From Christensenellaceae bacterium (GTDB lineage: Bacteria > Bacillota > Clostridia > Christensenellales > DTU072): 47,459 nt of DNA. Position numbers and translations under genes: made by a program. The notes beneath the pieces are model-generated. The model saw only the letters and a list, made by a program, of their open reading frames with translations, searched no databases and was not told the origin of the DNA. This document shows positions 9,036 to 18,300 of this stretch, piece after piece. The stretch covers positions 1-47,459 of the forward strand of contig JAITLB010000266.1 of assembly GCA_031278175.1 (NCBI GenBank). Reading direction: 5' to 3'. Positions within the stretch are counted from its first letter, which is position 1. Every line of letters begins with the position of its first letter.

Positions 9036-10445
9036 ATGAGTGAACAAGAAATTGTACAAAAGTTATGGAATCTCTGTAATATATTGAGGGATGATGGTAT
9101 TACCTATCATCAGTACGTTACAGAGCTTACCTATATTCTGTTTTTAAAAATGGCAAATGAGACCGGCGCTGAAGAAAGCATTGATGAACATTACCGTTGG
9201 AATAATCTAGCTTCAAAATCAGGGTTAGAGTTGAAAAGGTTTTATAATGAGCTTCTCGCATACCTTGGAGACAAATCTACCGGTAAAATTCAACAGATTT
9301 ATCAAGGCTCAAAATCCAATATCGAGGAACCAAAAAATTTAGAAAAAATAATAAAAGGAATTGATAAGTTTGATTGGTATCAAGAAAACAAAGAGGGTTT
9401 AGGCGACCTGTATGAAGGTTTATTAGAGAAAAACGCAAACGAAAAGAAGTCTGGTGCTGGGCAGTATTTCACCCCCCGTGTCCTGATTGATATGATGGTA
9501 AAACTTATTAAGCCGCAGTTGGGCGAGACTTGTTATGATCCAGCTTGCGGGACTTTTGGTTTTATGATTGCGGCAAACAAATATGTTAAAAACAAGCACG
9601 ATGATTATAGTATAAGTGATAAGCAGTATGACTTCCAAAAATATAAAGCTTTCAAAGGATGTGAGTTAGTACACGAAACACATCGTCTTGCCCTTATGAA
9701 TGCATATCTTCATAATACCGAAGGTGAAATTATGCTTGGTGACGCATTAACCAGCGAAGCCAAAAAAATGAAGAATTTTGATGTTATTCTGACGAATCCA
9801 CCTTTCGGGACTAAAAAAGGTGGGGAGAGAAGTACAAGGGACGATATAACATACCAAACTTCAAATAAGCAATTTAACTTCCTTCAAGTTATTTACCGTT
9901 CACTAAAAGCTGGCGGAAGATGCGCTGTTGTACTCCCTGATAATGTTTTATTTGCTACTGGCGAAGGTCAAGCTATCCGCAAAGAGTTTATGGATATGTG
10001 TAATCTTAAAGCCGTCTTGCGCCTACCCACAGGAATTTTCTACGCTCAAGGCGTAAAAACCAATGTTCTGTTCTTTACTCGTGGCGAAAGAGACAAAGGC
10101 AATACAAAAGAAGTTTGTTTTTACGATATGCGCAGTAATATGCCCAAGTTTGGCAAAACCATAACATTGCAATCAGAAGATTTTACAGGATTTATCAAGG
10201 TTTATGAAGCTTTGGAAAACGGTGAATTTGCAATAAACGATCGCTGGAGCAAATATAATCGTAGTGAAATTGCGTCAAAGGGTAACACTCTTGATTTAGG
10301 ACTCATAAAAGATTCTGGGGTTACCGAATACGAGTATATGCAAGACCCTATTGAAAGTGGTGAAGAAATTATTGCAAACCTCGAAGAAGCTGTTGACTTA
10401 ATTAAAAGTGTAGTCAAAGAACTCAAAGCATTAGAGGTCAAATAA
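9036..10445 (+). CDS. hsdM: Type I R-M N6-adenine DNA methyltransferase subunit
   Basis: AdoMet motif DPACGTFGF and catalytic NPPFG. Start abuts the hsdR stop (TAAATG). Confidence 0.93.
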   Translation: MSEQEIVQKLWNLCNILRDDGITYHQYVTELTYILFLKMANETGAEESIDEHYRWNNLASKSGLELKRFYNELLAYLGDKSTGKIQQIYQGSKSNIEEPKNLEKIIKGIDKFDWYQENKEGLGDLYEGLLEKNANEKKSGAGQYFTPRVLIDMMVKLIKPQLGETCYDPACGTFGFMIAANKYVKNKHDDYSISDKQYDFQKYKAFKGCELVHETHRLALMNAYLHNTEGEIMLGDALTSEAKKMKNFDVILTNPPFGTKKGGERSTRDDITYQTSNKQFNFLQVIYRSLKAGGRCAVVLPDNVLFATGEGQAIRKEFMDMCNLKAVLRLPTGIFYAQGVKTNVLFFTRGERDKGNTKEVCFYDMRSNMPKFGKTITLQSEDFTGFIKVYEALENGEFAINDRWSKYNRSEIASKGNTLDLGLIKDSGVTEYEYMQDPIESGEEIIANLEEAVDLIKSVVKELKALEVK

Positions 10446-11221
10446 TGGCAGAGCAGAAAGAGAATAAATCAATAGATGAGCTTTTACTAGATGCCATTAT
10501 TTGTGACGAAAAAGTGCCATATGAGATTCCTGATAACTGGGTGTGGACGAAGTTAAAAAATGTTTCTCAGGTTATTTCTAAAGGAACCACTCCTGCTGGT
10601 GGAAAAAGTGCTTATTTGTCATCAGGTATAAAGTTTTTGCGAGTCGAAAACATAAATGAATTTGGTCAAATTAGTAATGACAAGGGCTATTATATAGCAA
10701 AAGAAACTCATTTAAATGAGCTAAAAAGGTCTGTTTTAGAAGAATACGATGTGCTTATCACAATAGCAGGAACTCTTGGGAAAACAGGTTATGTTTTAGG
10801 TAAGGATTTGCCTTTAAATGCGAATCAAGCAGTAGCTTTTATAAGATTGATTGAAAATTTAAAGCCCTACTTTAAATTTTATGAATTATTACTTCGATCA
10901 CCATTAATTAATTTTAGTCTAGTTAAACAAGCTAAAATCACTGCAATTCCCAATTTGACATTGGAAATAGTTCGTGAATGCATAATTCCACTTCCGCCCC
11001 TTGCTGAACAAGAGCGTATTGTAAAACGCATTGAAAGTCTTTTTGAGAAACTTGATAAAGCAAAAGAACTTATTGATTGTTTTGATCAAATAGAAACTAT
11101 GAAAAAGACAATCCTCGCGAAAGCGTTTCGAGGACAGTTTGATACAAACGACCCTACGGATGAACCTGCAAGCAAATTACTCAAACGTATATTAGAAGAA
11201 AAATATAGTCAGAGGTGTTAA
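10445..11221 (+). CDS. hsdS: Type I R-M specificity subunit, half-size (single target-recognition domain)
   Basis: 258 aa: one TRD, then the conserved helix PLPPLAEQERIVKRIESLFEKLDKAKELI...ILAKAFRGQF and a typical C-terminal tail. Overlaps the hsdM stop by 1 nt (TAATG). Confidence 0.85.
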   Translation: MAEQKENKSIDELLLDAIICDEKVPYEIPDNWVWTKLKNVSQVISKGTTPAGGKSAYLSSGIKFLRVENINEFGQISNDKGYYIAKETHLNELKRSVLEEYDVLITIAGTLGKTGYVLGKDLPLNANQAVAFIRLIENLKPYFKFYELLLRSPLINFSLVKQAKITAIPNLTLEIVRECIIPLPPLAEQERIVKRIESLFEKLDKAKELIDCFDQIETMKKTILAKAFRGQFDTNDPTDEPASKLLKRILEEKYSQRC

Positions 11222-11368
11222 ATGAGAGTTACACGAATTTCCATTAATGACTACAAAACTTAAACAATTTTCAATGCAAATTTGATCAAAATGCGAGCTT
11301 AATTGCGTTTATCGGTAATAATGGTTCCGGCTAATCAAATTTATTAGAAGTAATTGAAGATATTTTTG
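11222..11368 (+). pseudogene. N-terminal stump of an AAA ATPase (AAA_15/21, OLD/Abi-like class)
   Basis: MRVTRISINDYK, frameshift, then LNNFQCKFDQNASLIAFIGNNGSG*SNLLEVIEDIF. TAA (11332) replaces the Walker A lysine. The rest of the gene is absent. Confidence 0.6.
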
Positions 11369-11672
11369 TAAAGCAAATAATATTAGAAAAGCTTTGCTGC
11401 TTTGTTTTTTTGCGTGTACGTTTTGGTGGTAGCAGAGCAAAAAGATTGGTCAAAGGGTTGATAAGTGATGAGTTGGAAATCATCAGCATCAAGTTATAAA
11501 CATTATTACAAGCGGACTTAATTCCGCTGATTTTAGGATACTATGCCAAAAACTATACCATTTTTGTTTTTTTGTATATTATCCGCTCTTATAATCAAGA
11601 GTCGATTTTCCAATTAGCTATCATTGATCTACTATACCAAATCATGCCAAAAATTTGTGCTGAGTAAAAAGC

Positions 11673-11708
11673 AAAAAAAAAAGGCTCAAAATCTTATGAT
11701 TTTGAGCC
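11673..11708 (-). terminator. Rho-independent terminator downstream of tRNA-Thr
   Basis: Perfect 10-bp stem GGCTCAAAAT/ATTTTGAGCC with a 6-nt loop, followed on the minus strand by a run of 10 T. Confidence 0.85.
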
Positions 11709-11713
11709 TTTGG

Positions 11714-11789
11714 TGGAGCTGTTACCGGGATTCGAACCCGGGACCTCGTCCTTACCAAGGACGTGCTCTGCCGACTGAGCCATAACAGC
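11714..11789 (-). tRNA. tRNA-Thr (anticodon GGU), CCA encoded
   Basis: Hand-folded 76-nt cloverleaf. Acceptor GCTGTTA/TAACAGC, D stem GCTC/GAGC, anticodon stem CGTCC/GGACG with loop TTGGTAA, T arm CCGGG-TTCGAAT-CCCGG. Confidence 0.93.
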
Positions 11790-11796
11790 ATGTAAT

Positions 11797-11825
11797 TTTT
11801 TATTCAGTTTCAAAATGGTTCGCAA
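11797..11825 (-). promoter_or_regulatory. Candidate tRNA-Thr promoter
   Basis: Minus strand reads TTGCGA, 17 nt, TAAAAA. It ends 7 nt before the mature 5' end. Confidence 0.35.
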
Positions 11826-12586
11826 CTCTTGCTTTGATTTATTAAAGAGGCATTTCACTATTTAAGACGCAGTAGCAAAAGTGTAACTCTTTATTAAATT
11901 TTTAAGATATTCGAACATCTAAGTGCGCACTTACATCATACTTTTAATAACCTTTACACTATTTTTGTAGTTCGATTGCCAGTTTTTTATTTGTGGATGC
12001 CACACATACATGTAATACGGATACACATTTGCAAAAACACAAACTGCGTTTTCGCAAAGGGTGGTTGCAAGACAACAAGATTAGCGACACAAGTCACACG
12101 TGCTCGAAACCACTCTAAATAAAGCGCCTCAAATTTTCTATTTGTCTGTCGAACACTGCTTAAAGAATGTTTTGTTTGCGTAGTGTGTTATCTTTAGTTT
12201 TATATCAAAAGAGAACTAGCGCGAGACACTTCACGAACAAACGATTAAACCGATTCTCATTCAACTTATATTCAACCATCGGAACAGTAACTTATGTTGA
12301 ACAGTGTTAATTGTGTTGTTATTATGTATATGTTATCACAATTAACCCTATAAAGTCTAGCATATTAAATGTAGTGCACTCGTTTTATGCTAAAATTTTT
12401 CCATAGCAAATTACTATGTCTTGGTTTACAACTGACAAGTTATTCTTAAACACACCGACTTACCTAAACATATTATGCTAGGCAGTCGTTAGTCTAAGGG
12501 GTATGCTAGCGGTTATATTCTATGGCACTATAGTTCTTATAGTCGTGAAACTCATTTATATAGCGTTGTTAGTGCGTATAATACTG

Positions 12587-14149
12587 CTATTTTAGTTCAA
12601 GTGTAGTGATGCTCTTAGGTTCTAAAACGATATAATTTTCATTTGATACATTGATTTTTGCCCAGCTAAGTTCAGAATTGGTGTATGACCCTCCGATAAT
12701 TGTTTGATCTTTAAAGCCTATAGTTTTTTTATAATTTGAGTCATTTGTTAAAACGATTATAATAGTTCCGTCAGGTTTTAGGAATGATACAAATTCCACG
12801 TTTGAAAAAATCGTTAGTCCAGATGCTCGAGAACTGATGTGCTTGTCTCCAGTTGTAATATACCGTGAAAATTGCCCGAATGCATAATATCTATTTAACA
12901 CTGAAAGTTTGTCGGTTTCATCAAGCACATCCCAATACACTAATCCATCATTATAATCACCATCTGATACAGCTAACCACCAACTCCAATCCGTTGCATT
13001 GAGATATTTCAAATCTCTAAGCATTACTTGTGCCGTATGTATAGCTGAGTCGATAGAATTGTCTCTCCCAGCATACATTTCGCAGAATTCTGTAACTGAG
13101 ACATTTTTATTATATTTTCCTGAAATGAGATCCTCAAATGATGAACGAGTAACAATTGTATTATTTCCGTAGGAATGAGTAGAAATGGATTCAATTTCAT
13201 CAAAAAAATCATATTTAGCAAAATTCTTAAGATATGAACGCACTTTTGCCACAGGATTGAGAAGTGAAATATTGCCATTTTCAAATATTTCCAATTTAAA
13301 GTTAACATTTTTTTCTGAATTGAAAGCAGTTAAGCGGGTATAGAATACATCATAAAAAGCTGCAAGTTCTTCAGGATCAAAATGACAGCCTTCTTGTGTC
13401 GCGTTTTCACCACCCCATCGCCATTGAGGTTCATTTACTGGACTAATTAGAATTTCAATATTTTTGTCCAACAGGTATGTTTGGTACAATGCATTAGTGA
13501 TGATCAAAAGATAATCACTAAAAGCAGCATAATAATCAGGTTTTAAATTGTTTTGATATTCGTCTTCGCCAGTGGCCATGCCAGATTCTGTCATTAAATA
13601 ATGAGGAGAATTCGCAAAGAAAACTACTCTTTTTATATTACCAATCTCAACGCTCCTCTTTAGCAAATCGCGAACTCCAGCATCTCTTGTGAAATCATAA
13701 TTATTCTCATTAGAAAAACTCTCGGCATTTTTAAAATTATCTGCAATGAAAAAACTTTCGCCACGTCGGGCCTGATCAAAACTAGCTTGATTATAAGGGA
13801 AAAGGTCATCCAGGGCGCTGTCACTGGATCCTGCGCCAATATTGTATCTAAAAATATTAAGTGCTAGACCATCTGCACCATACAGCATATTAATTGCTTC
13901 GGTCTTTGTCGTTTCGTCACGCAAACCCAATTTCTGAAAAATCCAAGCTGACGATGCGCCAAATCCAATGTAGTCATTTTCTACGCTATCGGCATCAATA
14001 ACTATTGTAAATCCACCAATATAGCGGAGCGCGACACCGAGGAAACACACCGCGCCAATTAGTGCAACGCATAAAACAATTTGACCAATTTTGATAAATT
14101 TCAGTAGTCGTCGTTTCTGTTTTAAATTGAATTTTTTAGCTTTAGCCAT
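12587..14149 (-). CDS. Membrane-anchored clan GH-A glycoside hydrolase, GH30-like
   Basis: 520 aa. N-terminal TM helix IVLCVALIGAVCFLGVAL, then GFGASSAW, NIFRYNIGAGS, SPVNEPQW (acid/base Glu) and VTEFCEM (nucleophile-like Glu). Confidence 0.7.
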   Translation of the reverse strand: MAKAKKFNLKQKRRLLKFIKIGQIVLCVALIGAVCFLGVALRYIGGFTIVIDADSVENDYIGFGASSAWIFQKLGLRDETTKTEAINMLYGADGLALNIFRYNIGAGSSDSALDDLFPYNQASFDQARRGESFFIADNFKNAESFSNENNYDFTRDAGVRDLLKRSVEIGNIKRVVFFANSPHYLMTESGMATGEDEYQNNLKPDYYAAFSDYLLIITNALYQTYLLDKNIEILISPVNEPQWRWGGENATQEGCHFDPEELAAFYDVFYTRLTAFNSEKNVNFKLEIFENGNISLLNPVAKVRSYLKNFAKYDFFDEIESISTHSYGNNTIVTRSSFEDLISGKYNKNVSVTEFCEMYAGRDNSIDSAIHTAQVMLRDLKYLNATDWSWWLAVSDGDYNDGLVYWDVLDETDKLSVLNRYYAFGQFSRYITTGDKHISSRASGLTIFSNVEFVSFLKPDGTIIIVLTNDSNYKKTIGFKDQTIIGGSYTNSELSWAKINVSNENYIVLEPKSITTLELK

Positions 14150-14180
14150 AAGTGTTTAATTCCTAAATTCGTTTTGTAGT

Positions 14181-14209
14181 ATTATAAATTCTAAAACGTG
14201 ATAAGTCAA
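14181..14209 (-). promoter_or_regulatory. Promoter of the GH30-like gene
   Basis: Minus strand reads TTGACT, 17 nt, TATAAT. It lies 32 nt upstream of the ATG at 14149. Confidence 0.6.
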
Positions 14210-14569
14210 TATTTAAGTCAAATTTTCTTTGTAAAATAACGCGTAGTAGTGTGAATATAATGAAAAGTTTTTGAATTTAAGAATTTTTCAAATTTTGGGA
14301 TATTACTTGTTGAAAAAATAAAATTCGATTGGTCGCATGTGCACAACCCACAAAAAAGAGAAAATGCGGTTAACACGATGATGAAATTGGCATGTTTGGG
14401 GAGGTGCTTGTTCTTATCAAACCAACCACAGCCACAAATACTGTTTTCAGAGCTCACGATATTCCACACTAACTTACAAACTTAACTTTCAGTTTGGTTA
14501 TTAAAATTGCAAGCGAGGGTGTTTGGTAAGGAATTGCTATAAAAATCGCCTCTTATTAGAGAGTGTCTA

Positions 14570-14598
14570 TTGTAATTTTTGCTATTTTATTGTATAAT
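14570..14598 (+). promoter_or_regulatory. Near-consensus promoter far upstream of the surface-protein gene
   Basis: TTGTAA, 17 nt, TATAAT. It sits 712 nt upstream of the 15311 start with no credible ORF between. Confidence 0.4.
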
Positions 14599-15310
14599 AT
14601 GCTATTGCGATGATAGATGCTTATGGTATTTTATCTGAGCTTGACACACGCGCGCATGAACGAGGCACTATTAAAGAGCAAATGAGCTTTTTTGACTTTG
14701 TTGCTTTGTGAAATGAGTTATTAAGCATACCACTTCAAATGGTGCATGTTTTGCGGAGTTAATTTGTAAAACAATAGTTTATCTACAATTTAAAGTGTTG
14801 ATAAAAGCTCTTTGGTGGATTAAAAGCCATAAAAATCTAGTGCGCTGTTGATTCTTGAAAACGATCTCGCTTAAAACTGGCATGATAAGTTTACTTGATT
14901 GTTACTTAAGCATTGAGTTTGTTGTGTTAAGACAAGATCTTATGGATTGCCATTTTGCGTTGAGTTTAGACTCAATACGAAAGGTTGTGTTAATGGCAGA
15001 TAAATAGTATCGTAGGGACATTGAAAGACAGATGAATTAACAGCTTAGACTTTCATTTATTGATGAAAGACGTAGAGAAATTTCAGACATGTCTATTGGT
15101 GATGGTGCAAAACCTGGAGTAATTGTAAAACAGTTACAATGGTGAATGACAAGTTCAGCGCTGGAATTTTAATGAGTTCAACAACAGTGTTGAGCGTTTG
15201 TAGTAGTGATTGCATAAATGCTTTAAAACGCAGATAAAAAATGCCTTTTTAGAGTGTAGTGTTTTCAGCGGATGTAAATTATTAAACGCATGTGAGATGA
15301 AGGATGTCTT

Positions 15311-18300
15311 ATGTCAAAAGTTATAATGAAATTTAGCTTTACAGTGATAATCGCGCTTATCGTGATTTGTGCCACTTTTGCTATTTGCTCGGTTAGTCCA
15401 ATATCCGAAGTGAGTTTTGCCGTGGGAATAAATGATTCGACCGAATCGAACCCATATATCATTAACAGCGCGGACGATTGGCTCGCTTTAGCATTAGGTT
15501 GGACAAGTAGGAGTGACACTTCTGCTGCGGTGTATGTCAAATTGAATTCTAATATTTCATTTGCAGGAAAAAACTTCGAAAGGTTAGGAACTGACGCTCA
15601 TCCGTATTTGGGTGTATTTGATGGTAATGGCAAGGTTCTTACTGATATAGTTTATAATGATGAAGATACGGATGAAAATAAAGGTGTTTTTGGTGTGATA
15701 GGCGAGACAGCTTCAGTTAAAAATCTAGGTGTTTTTGACGCTTCAATAACTGGTGATAACGCTGTTGGCGGCATTGCAGGGAAAAATTCAGGTCAAATAA
15801 TCTCTTGTTTTGCTAACGCTTCGATTGTAGCAACAGGCACATATATAGGTGGATTAGTTGGATATAATTCTGGTACAATTACAACTTCATATGCGTCAGG
15901 ATCCATAGTTTACGATGGAAAAGCCCCTACATTGACTTATCTAGGCGGATTAGTGGGTTACATTGACAAAGGATCTCTTTCCTATTCTTATTCGTTTTCC
16001 GCGCATGAACTTGATAATACAATAGCAGGCGGTTTAGCTGGTGGTGTAGGGAGCAGTGGTGTAACGCTTGAATATTCATTTTATCCAACGGAGATTTTTA
16101 AAAATGAGGGCAATAAACGTGTTGGCAATCTAAGTGCTAGTGATGAAGCAAAGTACAATGGTTTATTTGCGTACTCTAATTACACGATTGAAAGTAACAT
16201 CAATAAAGGTAGTGGTCTTTCAAGCGTATACTTTCTCGCCCCAGCAACGCAAAACGCATGGGCTAATCCTTTTGCGATGACTGATGGATCCGCTTTTTTC
16301 GGTCCTAGTTTAGCTGTTTTCAATGCATCCGAAGACACTATTGATTATTCCTTTAACAGTGTCATAGTAAGGCATTTTGGCGCATTGCCTGGGGCTTCTC
16401 GGACATGGGGCACAGAAGCAGACAACCCATATATAATTTCAACTGTTGAGCATTTCAACATAATTGCATCATCTGTTTCCAATCCAAACTCAGGTTCATA
16501 TACTACATACGCATACAAATATTTTTTGTTAGACAAGGATATTGATTTTTCTAATTTTTCTTTTTCAACTATAGGCACTGACGCACATCAATTTGCAGGG
16601 AAATTCAACGGTGGCGGACACACGTTATCTAACATTAAGTTAGGAACATCGGGTGTGATTGACAATTTAGCTCCATTTCGTTACGTAGGAAATGGTGGTG
16701 AGGTGTCCAACATAATTATTGACAATACTTGCTCAATTGATGGTGGTAATACTGTGGCCGGGCTTGTTGCAAATTTGAATGGTGGGGTAGTTTCCGATGT
16801 TGTGAGCAATGCTTCGGTTGCGGGAACAAACTACATAGGTGGAATCGTTGGCAAAGCACTAAATGGTGCAAGTATAAAAAATTGTTTATCCACGGCAACG
16901 GTGAGACGCAAGAGTCAAGATACAAACAATTATAACGGTGTGGTGGCAACAAGTAGTGGTGCAGTTATCACGAACTCGTGGTATGTGGCGAAAGTTAAAA
17001 CTGATACTAACTATGCTACTCTAGGATCACCGATTGGTGCTGGAGCAAACACATTACAAATAGGCGAGGAAAATACCGTTAACGCTGTGTTAACGAGCGG
17101 TGTGATTTCATTCTCCGCTGAACAGAGTGAGCAGTATAGTCCAGTTTTCCGTGATGAAAGCGAAATTACAGTTGAAGGTTCTGGGAATGGTTCATATATA
17201 GCTAACCCATCAGACTCAAATAAAATCATTTACGTTCGATTTGTTCGCAATGTTGAAGTAATTCCAACTGATGGAGAACCTGTAGTTCTCAATTTAAATT
17301 TCCAGCGACCTAATGGAGATATTACAAGTGAGATAACACAGTACTATAATGGGCAATCTGTTAGTCTCATTGTGAAAATTTCGTATAATTATTTTGTAAA
17401 AGATGTTTACTATACTGATTCGAAAGGCGACAAAATTAAAATCAGTGATTTTTCATTAGAAGACTTTGATCCCCCAGTTGAAGGGAAAGCAATAAGGATT
17501 AAAGTAACATTCTTTATAATTGAAGCGATGATCAAATTAGGTGTAGTTGCTGAATCAATGTTTGCAGATGATATTGTGCCAAATCTGACAAAAACCTACA
17601 ATGCTGAACCGCTTGGATATGTATATCAAAATCAAACTGTTTCAGATTATAATTATACGATAGAATATGCATACAGCACAGGGATAGCACCAACGGCATC
17701 AGGATTATATGTTCTCACGTTGAAAATTATGAAGGCTATTGTGGAAGTAGGTCGATCTATTATTGACTTTAATATAGAAAAGAAGACGCTAAGTCCTAGT
17801 TCTGATGTTTTTATTGACCAAAACTATTATACTGTCCCTACTAAGGAATATGATGGGGTGGACTACGGTTTTGTCTCTGTGTATGTCAACAAAGAATTAT
17901 TTGATTTTGAAGGAAGTGACAAATTAAATATCACCGTTGCAGCAGTAGCAAGATATAATGGCGGTTCGGTAGGTACTAGTTTAACAGCGGAGTTTACTAT
18001 TACTATTTCAGGTTTAGGTGCTGACAATTACGATATACAAGATGCAACACGCACACTGAGCAATTGTAGCATAGTGCAAAGAAATGTAATCATTTTACTT
18101 GTAGATGCTGTAGATCAAGATGAGGCAACAGCCGTAGTAACTAAGGAGTATTCTGGTAAACTAGTAGAAATAGCAAATAGTTATGTAACAGGATATGCAC
18201 CAGTAGATTCTCCAAACTTAAAGATAAAAAAGACTTACAAGGTTTGGGATTATGATAAATCCGTAGCCACAGGCGATGAAGTACAACCAGTTGACGTGGG

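Noticed and set aside
4394-11334. In-frame TAA/TAG/TGA codons inside recognisable genes (dcm at 4394 and 5106, ATPase stump at 11332, and also the atpH remnant) could suggest stop-codon reassignment.
   Set aside because: The same genes also carry frameshifts and deletions. All long housekeeping ORFs (1954 aa, 1075 aa, atp, gdh) are open under the standard code. TAA, TAG and TGA are all used as genuine terminators here. Pseudogenisation explains the data better.
14218-14469. 83-aa ORF upstream of the GH30-like gene.
   Set aside because: It has a GTG start, no RBS and a Cys/Phe-rich odd composition, and it sits in the divergent promoter region. It is probably not a gene.
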